A stretch of 31,278 bases of DNA. It comes from a virus. The position numbers and the translations under genes are program-made. Of this stretch, positions 17,252-24,643 are shown piece by piece. Every line of letters starts with the position of its first letter. The stretch's first letter is position 1. The notes beneath the pieces were generated by a model. The model made no database searches. It was not told the origin of the DNA and saw only the letters and a program-made list of their open reading frames with translations. The stretch is from the IMG/VR virus record IMGVR_UViG_3300045988_019785, positions 1 through 31,278 of that record; one strand, written 5' to 3'.

Positions 17252-18973
17252 CTATACGTCAATCTCGGGCCCCCAGCAAGTACCCACCTCTACGTCCGCT
17301 ACCAGTGGGCAGTCAAAATGGGGCAGGGGCTGCTCCATAGTGCTCTTGATCATGCTCGCTGTGGTCTCGGCTAGGTCCTCTGGCACGAGCACGAGCACAG
17401 CATCATGGATCAGGCCTAGTATATGACTATCTCCCTCTAATCTAGACCACACACGTGTGGCGGCCCTCAGCATAACGTCACTACCTGTCCCCTGCACCTG
17501 GCTATTGACAGCCTGACGCTCAGCCGCTGCTACCTCATACTCATCATCACTGTACAGGCCTGGCAGGTGACGCCTACGGCCGAACATAGTCGAGCTATAC
17601 CCCAGCTGGTGTGCCTTAGCTTTAGCCCTAGCGTGCCAAGGACGCAGTCCTGACCAGTGCCTGAAGAAGTCCTCACGGAACTGCTCAGCCTCACCCAGGG
17701 TAATGTCTGTACCGTAGCTAACTTTAGCAAACTGGACAAACGACTTAGCACTCATCCCATACAGGAAGCCGAAGTTGACAATCTTTGCTTTCCTACGGTC
17801 GAAGCTATTGTCTGGGTCGAGCCCGATAGCACGTGTGGTCTGTGAGTGGATGTCCCCGCCCTGTCTGTACAGCTCGAGCATGTTCTTGTCACGCGAGACC
17901 ACAGCGGCTACACGCAGCTCGAGCTGGCTGTAGTCAGCCTCGATGATCTTATATCCCTCAGGGGCAGCTACCAGACCCCTTATGTAGGGGTCCTTCGGAA
18001 CCTGCTGTAGGTTCACTCCGACGCCATCGCATACCTTACCTGATGACAGCCTGCCTGTCACCGTACCGTGGAGCTTAAACGAGGTATATAACCGTCCCCT
18101 TTCATCTATTTGCTCTTTATAGGGGGTAATAAACCCGTCGATATTCTTCTTTAGTCGTGACCTTTCTAATAGTGTTTTAGCAATAGGGTGATTCATATAA
18201 GCAAGCGCCTTCTTGGAAAGACTAGGAGCACCATTAGGGAATGCTTTAGTGGGCTTTCCTACCTCCTTTTTGGGAATACCCAGATAATCATACAGGAACC
18301 ACCGCTGAAAGTTAGTAGTACCCCATTTGACCTGCATACCTTCGGGTATTTCCGAAGGTATTTCTGACTGCAATTCAGCGTCTATCTTAGCCAATTCCGA
18401 GGTGTACTTACGCTCAGCTATGTCAAGCTTATCCCGGCTAATCGGAATACCGTAGTCCTCAGACTCAGCTAACATATTTATAGCCGGGACCACAACCTTC
18501 TTGAGTAGTTTCTTCTGGTTAGGGGTAAGCTTACCCCTGTTAATCCGGTATAGTTCACGTGTGGCCAGGAGGTCCTTTTTCAAGTAGGCCGCCATAGCCT
18601 CGGGATCAGAGTCATCCCACACACCGTCATAAGACCAGTCACCTCCCATAAAGTCAGACATTAGAGACTTAAGCCCAAGAGACCGGTTCTCGTCCACCAT
18701 ATGGGCACCCAGCATAGTATCCCCAGCTGCCTCGATATCGGCACCGAAACGCTTAGCATAGACTATGTCGAATTTGATGTTGTGGCCCACTACCGGTTGA
18801 AGTTTGCCACACAGTCTCCTAAGCCTGTCTTGCCATGTCTCAGGGTGCTTGGAGGCCATGTGGAAAACTCGAGGTTCATCCTCAGGCTTATCCCCGAGGA
18901 TGCCCACCATAAGCACGGCGGCGTCCTTTGCACGGGGGTTAAGTCCTGTAGTCTCTATGTCTAGAAATAGCAT
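17252..18973 (-). CDS. DNA polymerase I (family A) with a 3'-5' exonuclease domain
   Basis: Exo motifs: LDIETTG, HNIKFD, YLKKD. Pol motifs: A = ADYSQLELRV, B = RRKAKIVNFGFLYGMS, C = LIHDAVLV, plus TGRLSS. Compact at 573 aa. Confidence 0.95.
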   Translation of the reverse strand: MLFLDIETTGLNPRAKDAAVLMVGILGDKPEDEPRVFHMASKHPETWQDRLRRLCGKLQPVVGHNIKFDIVYAKRFGADIEAAGDTMLGAHMVDENRSLGLKSLMSDFMGGDWSYDGVWDDSDPEAMAAYLKKDLLATRELYRINRGKLTPNQKKLLKKVVVPAINMLAESEDYGIPISRDKLDIAERKYTSELAKIDAELQSEIPSEIPEGMQVKWGTTNFQRWFLYDYLGIPKKEVGKPTKAFPNGAPSLSKKALAYMNHPIAKTLLERSRLKKNIDGFITPYKEQIDERGRLYTSFKLHGTVTGRLSSGKVCDGVGVNLQQVPKDPYIRGLVAAPEGYKIIEADYSQLELRVAAVVSRDKNMLELYRQGGDIHSQTTRAIGLDPDNSFDRRKAKIVNFGFLYGMSAKSFVQFAKVSYGTDITLGEAEQFREDFFRHWSGLRPWHARAKAKAHQLGYSSTMFGRRRHLPGLYSDDEYEVAAAERQAVNSQVQGTGSDVMLRAATRVWSRLEGDSHILGLIHDAVLVLVPEDLAETTASMIKSTMEQPLPHFDCPLVADVEVGTCWGPEIDV

Positions 18974-19476
18974 TTCGTTAGTTCTTTAGCTAGCTTATGA
19001 GCGGTACGGACGTCTGTGGTCGACTTATACTCTACCTTGTCCTCGCCAATAGTGAAAGTCGTGGCAGTGCGGAACTTGTTTAGCTTCCAGCTAGCAGTCC
19101 TAGCACACTCAGCTACCCACGCTCGGTACCCTATGCTCAGGACAAGGAATTCGGCCCAAGAATAACCAGTGTCTGCACCGGCCCACAGCTGTTTACCCCA
19201 GTCAGAAAACAGGTCATCAAGATTGAACGCAATCACTGCAAGGTTGAACCCCTTAGCTCGAGGTACGTTAGGCTTGGCTGCCTCACGGATACCCGAACTA
19301 ATGCCCGTATAGTCGTGGATATCACCATCGACCCACGAGCGGGTCAGCACCCCATGAGAGTTGTGTGGGTCCACAATGAGCTCACTAGGTGCGTACCCCA
19401 GACCTCGTGCAAAGATAGTGGGGTCCACACCTGGGGTGGCTGCAATGACCAAGCGGTCAGACGGATTCACTAGCAT
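18961..19476 (-). CDS. Hypothetical protein (171 aa)
   Basis: ATG at 19476 preceded by AGGAGAG. Located between the SNF2 helicase and the polymerase. No motif recognised. Confidence 0.6.
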   Translation of the reverse strand: MLVNPSDRLVIAATPGVDPTIFARGLGYAPSELIVDPHNSHGVLTRSWVDGDIHDYTGISSGIREAAKPNVPRAKGFNLAVIAFNLDDLFSDWGKQLWAGADTGYSWAEFLVLSIGYRAWVAECARTASWKLNKFRTATTFTIGEDKVEYKSTTDVRTAHKLAKELTKCYF

Positions 19477-20821
19477 AAGTCTCTCCTAGAAGGTAGTTGC
19501 GTGTATTCAGCATGATCTCTTTCCTGAACTCTGTGGCTTCCTGTAGGGAGGCCCACAGGGAGTCCTCTACGGTGTCCTGAGTCACCATCACGATGACCTT
19601 TGGATCAGCCGCTAGGGCTACTCTATCAGACATCTGACGGTAGGTCAACGCCGAGGTAGGCAGCCCATACCACACCAGCACTTCGGCCTCGCGCATGTCC
19701 ACAGCAGTAGCAGCCACCTGAGGGTTGACTACCAGCACGCCGTCCTTAGAAGCTTTCCAGGCGTCCAAGACTGATGTCTTGTCCTTGACCTTACCGTCCA
19801 GCCTGTAGGTGTGGTCTAGATGTCGCTCTATTGCGGTGAGGGAGTCAAGTAGCTCACTAGCTACCACTATACGCCCCTTGTAGGCCTCCCTGAGAGCATC
19901 GAGAGCCACAAGCTTATGGCCGCTGTACACTACCCTGCCCTCACCTGTAGAAAGCCCCTCAGCTAGCCTACGGCACCTGGCGAACAGGGCCAGCACTGAG
20001 TCAGCCCCAGACTCGCCCTGAGACTCCAGGACGTCTAGCTCATCCTTCACCATAGCCTGGTATATAGCCTTACGAGGCTCCTCTAGGAATACGGGCACAA
20101 CCTCTTCATCTATAGCCTTAGTGCCGATAGCATCCTCACGACTAATACTTATGGAGTGCGCTTTAATAAGTGCCTGGTATTCATCAGTATTCCGTGGTCC
20201 AAGGTACTTAGGGAACCCCCCAAAATTAGACCATTCACCAAAATACTCCCTAAACGACTTAGCAGAGGGGAATTCTTCCCTAATAGACGGGTCAGAGAAC
20301 ACTAGCTGTGGATAAATCTCACCCACCATATTCCGCTTGCCTACAGGTGTGGCGGTAAGGCATACACGGTACCGGGCCGATTTAGCCATACCCACAATAC
20401 GCCTAGACCGTTTGCTTGCCGGCGTCTTGATAAGGTGGGATTCATCCAGCACGATAGCTGAGGCATGGTATTCGGCACCTTTAAAGAGCCCTTTAGGGTA
20501 GCCACGTGAGAACTTATCATAGTTGATTAGCACGATCTTCGGCAGTGCTGTGGCCTCATATGCCCCATCGTAGACAATATCCGCCTCAGGGCCCCAGTAG
20601 TGCTGCTGGAGCTCCCTGACCCACACGTCGATAGCGATCCTAGGGCAGACCACAACGATATACCTGACATCCCGGTTGTGCATCAGCCAGCTGAGCCAGT
20701 CGATGGTTGTCTTAGTCTTACCCGTACGTGTGTCCATGAGGAGCATGCCGTGCTCTTTTTTAGCCAGCCACTTAACCGCGGCCAGCTGATAGTCTCGAGG
20801 CTTAGTGACTGGCTCAAACAT
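19457..20821 (-). CDS. SNF2/DEAD-like superfamily 2 helicase
   Basis: RDYQLAAVKWL, motif I LLMDTRTGKT, motif II VLDESHLIK, and a C-terminal helicase domain. TAATG coupling with the thioredoxin gene. Confidence 0.85.
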   Translation of the reverse strand: MFEPVTKPRDYQLAAVKWLAKKEHGMLLMDTRTGKTKTTIDWLSWLMHNRDVRYIVVVCPRIAIDVWVRELQQHYWGPEADIVYDGAYEATALPKIVLINYDKFSRGYPKGLFKGAEYHASAIVLDESHLIKTPASKRSRRIVGMAKSARYRVCLTATPVGKRNMVGEIYPQLVFSDPSIREEFPSAKSFREYFGEWSNFGGFPKYLGPRNTDEYQALIKAHSISISREDAIGTKAIDEEVVPVFLEEPRKAIYQAMVKDELDVLESQGESGADSVLALFARCRRLAEGLSTGEGRVVYSGHKLVALDALREAYKGRIVVASELLDSLTAIERHLDHTYRLDGKVKDKTSVLDAWKASKDGVLVVNPQVAATAVDMREAEVLVWYGLPTSALTYRQMSDRVALAADPKVIVMVTQDTVEDSLWASLQEATEFRKEIMLNTRNYLLGETYASESV

Positions 20822-21081
20822 TAGTTAATTGCTCCTTCAACCATCTTCTTGTACTGGAGTGTGGTCCCAGTACCCATCCTAGCAACCTCCACACCCTCGT
20901 GCAAGGCTATCACAGTTGGGACAGACATAATATTGAATTTACGCCCTAGGTCAGGATTGACCTCAACATCAACATACTCCCAACCAAGATACGGGAACTT
21001 TTGCATAGCCCTTTCAAAATTAGCCTTAGACTGTGGGCACTGTGAGCACCACGAAGCACCAATGAACAATAACTTCAACAT
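20821..21081 (-). CDS. Thioredoxin-fold redox protein (CxxC)
   Basis: 86 aa. Active site WCSQCP, with a cis-Pro motif (SVPT) at the expected spacing. TAATG coupling on both sides. Confidence 0.8.
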   Translation of the reverse strand: MLKLLFIGASWCSQCPQSKANFERAMQKFPYLGWEYVDVEVNPDLGRKFNIMSVPTVIALHEGVEVARMGTGTTLQYKKMVEGAIN

Positions 21082-21917
21082 TAAACTACTACCACCTTTG
21101 TTGAATAGATAGGCGCCTTATAATTGACCGCCTTAAAACCTTTACCTTTGAACTCTAGCACACCTTGCTTAGACGGTATGAACTCAACCTCCTTCTCTAC
21201 CCTAGCAGGCATCAGCATCTTATGCCAAACATCAAGATTCTGGCAATATACATGTGCATTTGCGGTAGTGAACCTCAGTTGACCCGGGGTCACACCGTGG
21301 CCATGCTGCCTCAGTGTATTAGTCATCAGGTGAATGAGCATCCACCCCTCGAGAGTATCGTATGGCAGACCGCACACAACGTCTGTGGACCTGGCAAAGA
21401 TGTCTAGGCTGACTCTCCCTCCTACTACATTGAATGCCCACGCCACAGGACACGGTGGGATACGCATAGCCCCGACCTCATACCCCTGCCATGCAGTCCA
21501 CACAGCTCGTTTGGTCGTAGGGTTAGCCACAAGCCTGTCCACGACATCGCGTACGGCATCGTATGCCCCGTCAGGACCTCCGTAGCGCCACTGGACGCCG
21601 TACATAGGCCCTAGCTCATCTGTGGCCCACGGAGACCACATACGCTCCACATCGGGGGTGATTCTAGCACACCTGTCGTGCTGTGTGGCCCCTGACCCAC
21701 TAAGCATCCAGTGGAGCTCACGCTGGGCCATGTCCACAGACACCCTACGGGTCTGGGACATGGGTGCGTGCGTGTAGACCACGCTCCATGACCCGTAGCA
21801 CCAGTAGGGGTGATCCTGGCCTTCTGTGACTAGCTCAGCAGCCTGTCTAGACAAGTGGTATATGTTCTGGTCATACTCACATAGCACGTCGGTAAGCCTC
21901 CGATACACACTTGACAA
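21081..21917 (-). CDS. Thymidylate synthase (ThyA) superfamily pyrimidine C5-(hydroxy)methylase; Asp at the Asn177 specificity position suggests a dCMP substrate
   Basis: It aligns by eye to ThyA: ELHWMLSG (ELLWFLqG), LGPMYGVQWR (LGPVYGkQWR), NPTTKRAV (DPDSRRII), IPPCPVAW (catalytic Cys, APCHAFF), ARSTDVVCGLPYD (QRSCDVFLGLPFN), ANAHVY (GDTHLY), and C-terminal KAPI plus a 9-aa extension. The start is uncertain: TTG 21917, GTG 21908 or GTG 21887. Confidence 0.85.
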   Translation of the reverse strand: MSSVYRRLTDVLCEYDQNIYHLSRQAAELVTEGQDHPYWCYGSWSVVYTHAPMSQTRRVSVDMAQRELHWMLSGSGATQHDRCARITPDVERMWSPWATDELGPMYGVQWRYGGPDGAYDAVRDVVDRLVANPTTKRAVWTAWQGYEVGAMRIPPCPVAWAFNVVGGRVSLDIFARSTDVVCGLPYDTLEGWMLIHLMTNTLRQHGHGVTPGQLRFTTANAHVYCQNLDVWHKMLMPARVEKEVEFIPSKQGVLEFKGKGFKAVNYKAPIYSTKVVVV

Positions 21918-22635
21918 TTACGTAACCCGGTTCCATAACCCATGAGCTACCATGTTTAGCCCAGTAGGTAAAGTCTTTAACCGCTTTATTGAAATTCTTA
22001 GCCAGGGTGTAATTAGTCACCCCATAAGAGACATCTGGACTTACATTATAGCCCATTCCGAGGTACTTATGGAAGGTCTCAAGAATAAACATACAGGCCT
22101 TTTTAGTAAGGTCCCTAAACCTTATGTCACCCCAGTTAAGGGTCTCCATGCATTGTGGATACCAGTCACCGAAATTAAGGTCATTAGACCACCGAGCGCC
22201 GTCATCTTTTAGAGACCTAATTACGACCACACCTGCATTCTTCAGTACGGTTATGCCCTGTTTGTGGTCTCGCCAATTAGGTTTTTTCAAGGCTGGGTCA
22301 AGCCATGGCCTATCATACTCCAGATATCCCCTAAACCCAGCCAGAAGCAACGCCCTAGCACAAGGAGCACAGGGCTCATATGTCATGGCTATGTGGCCCT
22401 CGCGCAGCTCGTAGGGAAGACTCATAAGTTCTTGTGAGGCCCACACCTCCGCATGAATGTACTCGAGACACTGGCCGTTAGGTGCAATGTCGTGAAGTTT
22501 AGGGCCAAGCTCCACATTATGGGTGGCTATGCTACGTCCTGTACGCGTGTTTTCAAAATAGCACCCAACTTTGTGGTCGGGATGAGACGACTGGCTAGCT
22601 ACTTCGTATGCTTTCTCAATGTTACTCAGCATCAT
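21877..22635 (-). CDS. Zinc-dependent cytidine/deoxycytidylate-type deaminase with an unknown C-terminal domain of about 110 aa
   Basis: The HAE (YIHAEVWA) and PCxxC (YEPCAPCARALL) motifs are about 26 residues apart, which is the CDA-fold signature. Residues from about 140 to 252 have no recognisable motif. Confidence 0.85.
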   Translation of the reverse strand: MMLSNIEKAYEVASQSSHPDHKVGCYFENTRTGRSIATHNVELGPKLHDIAPNGQCLEYIHAEVWASQELMSLPYELREGHIAMTYEPCAPCARALLLAGFRGYLEYDRPWLDPALKKPNWRDHKQGITVLKNAGVVVIRSLKDDGARWSNDLNFGDWYPQCMETLNWGDIRFRDLTKKACMFILETFHKYLGMGYNVSPDVSYGVTNYTLAKNFNKAVKDFTYWAKHGSSWVMEPGYVIVKCVSEAYRRAM

Positions 22636-22915
22636 AGCTCCTTACAATAACCCGATCGAACTGTGGGAAAGTCTTCAGAATAGCTTCACAAGTGATGCAA
22701 ACATGGTTAATTATGTACGCAATGCCCGGGCGTGACCCCCCAACCTCATTTAGCAGCCTCATTACTGGGTGGATGTAAGCCCCTCCTGGCTTAGGGTAGT
22801 ACTTACCCGGCACCCACCAGATACCGTCTGGGCTAGAGAAGACCACAGACGACATACAGCCTCGCTCAGGTTTGATGCTCTGGATCATCCGAGGAATATC
22901 CTTGAACTCGTACAT
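22622..22915 (-). CDS. Small deaminase-fold paralogue lacking the catalytic Glu (HPV ... CxxC), putative non-catalytic partner
   Basis: 97 aa: SSVVFSSPDGIWWVPGKYY...AYIHPVMRLLNEVGG...IAYIINHVCITCEAILKTFPQFDRVIVRSYD follows the CDA-fold pattern. His and two Cys zinc ligands are retained, but Val replaces the Glu of HAE. Confidence 0.45.
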   Translation of the reverse strand: MYEFKDIPRMIQSIKPERGCMSSVVFSSPDGIWWVPGKYYPKPGGAYIHPVMRLLNEVGGSRPGIAYIINHVCITCEAILKTFPQFDRVIVRSYDAE

Positions 22916-23121
22916 CAGAATTCACTCCAATCACCGAACTCGTCCTTGTGGCCGTACTTAGCCTCATACTTGAACCCGAGCCACACACCAGCAATAGCCA
23001 TCAGGATGAGGGCCACGTACCACAGACCGTAGAAGATCATCCAGGTGACCAGGACGCCGACACCTAGTGCAGCAGCGACAGCAGCGATGATACCGGCCAT
23101 GTAGGCGATGAACTTAAGCAT
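22915..23121 (-). CDS. Small membrane protein (68 aa, 2 TM helices)
   Basis: MLKFIAYMAGIIAAVAAALGVGVLVTWMIFYGLWYVALILMAIAGVWLGF is strongly hydrophobic. RBS GAAAGG about 8 nt upstream. It is the first gene downstream of promoter 23157-23185. Confidence 0.6.
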   Translation of the reverse strand: MLKFIAYMAGIIAAVAAALGVGVLVTWMIFYGLWYVALILMAIAGVWLGFKYEAKYGHKDEFGDWSEF

Positions 23122-23156
23122 TGTTTGACCTTTCTTGTTGTTTTCTTGATGTCTTT

Positions 23157-23185
23157 ATCTTAGCACACCTTGAGGAGCTGTGCAA
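23157..23185 (-). promoter_or_regulatory. Sigma70-type promoter (minus strand): TTGCAC-17 bp-TAAGAT, leadered
   Basis: On the minus strand the -35 is TTGCAC (23185-23180), the spacer is exactly 17 bp and the -10 is TAAGAT (23162-23157). The 5' UTR of about 35 nt contains GACATCAAG and RBS GAAAGG before ATG 23121. Confidence 0.65.
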
Positions 23186-23204
23186 CCCCTCAGTGGAGAA
23201 TTTT

Positions 23205-23603
23205 TCAGTTATTTTCAGCAAGCCACTCAGCACCAATCTCGACCAGCTGGTCATAGGTCAGCGTGTAGTCCTCGTCGACCAGGTCGATGAGGTAGCTGAT
23301 GAGGGCCCACACAGGGGTGTCCTCAATGACCTCAGCGGTCTCAGGCAGGACCAGAACCTCACCGAACTCCTCGTCGAGGGGGGTGTCCTCTGACTGAGGG
23401 CCCTCCACACGCACCAGCACAGGGTCAGTGGCGTCTACTGCGTGTGTGGCCCAGTACGCTGCCAGCTCCGCGATGGTCTCACAGCCACTCACACCATGCC
23501 TGACCTTCGACTCGTCGTAGTCCATGGGCCAGCTGTACTGGGTCTCAGGGTCGAGCAGGTACTCAGTACCGCGGTGCTTGTCCTGGATCCTGAAGGCGAT
23601 CAT
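23205..23603 (-). CDS. Highly acidic early protein (132 aa), function unknown
   Basis: About 30 of 132 residues are Asp/Glu and there are few basic residues. It has its own promoter and RBS (GAAAGGA). No motif recognised. Confidence 0.65.
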   Translation of the reverse strand: MIAFRIQDKHRGTEYLLDPETQYSWPMDYDESKVRHGVSGCETIAELAAYWATHAVDATDPVLVRVEGPQSEDTPLDEEFGEVLVLPETAEVIEDTPVWALISYLIDLVDEDYTLTYDQLVEIGAEWLAENN

Positions 23604-23636
23604 CTGTGTAGTCCTTTCGTGTGGCTTGATGTCTCA

Positions 23637-23665
23637 AGCTTACCAACTCTGCCAGGTATATGCAA
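23637..23665 (-). promoter_or_regulatory. Sigma70-type promoter (minus strand): TTGCAT-17 bp-TAAGCT, leadered
   Basis: -35 TTGCAT (23665-23660), 17-bp spacer, -10 TAAGCT (23642-23637). The UTR again contains GACATCAAG and RBS GAAAGGA before ATG 23603. Confidence 0.65.
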
Positions 23666-23764
23666 CTCGGATCAGGGGTTGTTATCAAGATGTTACTTTG
23701 CATTAGTCGAGATTCTAGGGCCTAGCCGCACCCCGGGGGTACAAGAGTACCGGGTAGGGGCTGC

Positions 23765-23777
23765 TAGGCCGTAAATC
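23765..23777. repeat. 13-bp perfect inverted repeat, left copy (TAGGCCGTAAATC), partner at 24080-24092
   Basis: The reverse complement of 23765-23777 equals 24080-24092. The pair brackets the zinc-ribbon gene and its promoter, a 328-bp unit. Confidence 0.8.
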
Positions 23778-24027
23778 AGCGTTGCGTCCAGCTCTCAGGG
23801 ATACTCCTGGCCTTGCTCCAGACACCCTCACGCTGTGCCATGCCCTTAGCCTCCAGCTCAGCTGGGGTCAGGCACCTACGTCGGTCCGGCCCCTCAGTCA
23901 CCCCGTGCAGGCTCGTACGATGCATGTCTCCCGCAGTGGTACCCCCGAACGTCTCGTGGCACACGGGGCAGTGCTCGTAGCTGCGTTTGATGATGTTCTT
24001 CTTGCAGTTTCTGCATGTCCAAGTCAT
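23776..24027 (-). CDS. Zinc-ribbon protein (FDxHR-family-like putative zinc-binding protein)
   Basis: MTWTCRNCKKNIIKRSYEHCPVCHETFGGTTAGDMHRT...RRCLTPAELEAKGM shows CxxC...CxxCH...(F)DxHR...C..P, as in the actinophage FDxHR family. ATG 24027 is preferred. The ORF-track TTG 24063 is actually the -35 box TTGACG. Confidence 0.6.
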   Translation of the reverse strand: MTWTCRNCKKNIIKRSYEHCPVCHETFGGTTAGDMHRTSLHGVTEGPDRRRCLTPAELEAKGMAQREGVWSKARSIPESWTQR

Positions 24028-24034
24028 GTGACCT

Positions 24035-24063
24035 ACCTTAGCACGGGCTAGAGACCCCGTCAA
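24035..24063 (-). promoter_or_regulatory. Sigma70-type promoter (minus strand): TTGACG-17 bp-TAAGGT, start codon 7 nt downstream (leaderless mRNA)
   Basis: -35 TTGACG (24063-24058), 17-bp spacer, -10 TAAGGT (24040-24035), then 7 nt (aggtcac) to ATG 24027. There is no room for an RBS. Confidence 0.7.
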
Positions 24064-24079
24064 GAGTTAACTTATCAGA

Positions 24080-24092
24080 GATTTACGGCCTA
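24080..24092. repeat. 13-bp perfect inverted repeat, right copy (GATTTACGGCCTA)
   Basis: See 23765-23777. It lies 17 bp upstream of the -35 box of promoter 24035-24063. Confidence 0.8.
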
Positions 24093-24176
24093 ACAGGCCC
24101 TGACCCTACCTAGGATACCCCCCGTCCCTTTTGAGGCCGTTTAGGGCGCCTCAGGCAGGGTCAGGATCAATCTAGG

Positions 24177-24557
24177 TCAGGACCACCAACCAGAGCGCGT
24201 CAGCAGGTCCTCCACCCACTCGCGATCGAACCTGCCCTCACGCACCCGGTAGCACACGCGGGCCAGCGCAGCCAGCGGGTGGGACTTGTGGCTGTAGGCC
24301 CACCTCGGGACGCGGGACCAGGCTGCCTTGGCCCCTACGGTGTGGCGCTTGATCATCGTGCCGCAGATGGCGTGGACAGCTAGCGTGAATGTCCAGGAGG
24401 TCAGGGCCACACCTGCCAGGGCGTGTAGGGCATCCTCGAGTGCAGCGATGTTGTCGGTCTGGATGGCGGCCATGAAGTCACCGGCCAGGACGCGCTCATA
24501 GCCGGTCTCCCTCGTGGTCGCGTTGATGGTTGCAAGGATCTCTCGTCTCGTGATCAT
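24177..24557 (-). CDS. Hypothetical early protein (126 aa), first gene of the early arm
   Basis: The ORF starts 6 nt downstream of a consensus -10 box. The gene looks GC-rich compared with the rest of the genome. No motif recognised. Confidence 0.6.
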   Translation of the reverse strand: MITRREILATINATTRETGYERVLAGDFMAAIQTDNIAALEDALHALAGVALTSWTFTLAVHAICGTMIKRHTVGAKAAWSRVPRWAYSHKSHPLAALARVCYRVREGRFDREWVEDLLTRSGWWS

Positions 24558-24563
24558 GGACCC

Positions 24564-24592
24564 ACCCTAGCACGGGACCACACACCGGACAA
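24564..24592 (-). promoter_or_regulatory. Sigma70-type promoter (minus strand): TTGTCC-17 bp-TAGGGT, start codon 6 nt downstream (leaderless mRNA)
   Basis: -35 TTGTCC (24592-24587), 17-bp spacer containing GTGTGGTC (24583-24576 on the minus strand), -10 TAGGGT (24569-24564), then gggtcc and ATG 24557. It shares CCCGTGC-TA(A/G)GGT with promoter 24035-24063. Confidence 0.7.
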
Positions 24593-24608
24593 GTCCCGCC
24601 CTGTGGTT

Positions 24609-24636
24609 CCCTCCCCCCTTAACCCCCCACCCTCCC
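24609..24636 (-). repeat. G-run tract on the minus strand (C-runs on the plus strand), G-quadruplex-prone
   Basis: Plus strand ccctccccccttaaccccccaccctccc has C-runs of 3, 6, 6, 3 and 3. Confidence 0.6.
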
Positions 24637-24643
24637 GCGCGCA

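Noticed and set aside
20821-21081. Phage thioredoxin as a T7-style processivity factor for the family-A polymerase.
   Set aside because: The polymerase is compact (573 aa) with no obvious thumb insertion comparable to the T7 thioredoxin-binding loop. The gene is coupled to the ThyA-like and deaminase cluster, not to the polymerase.
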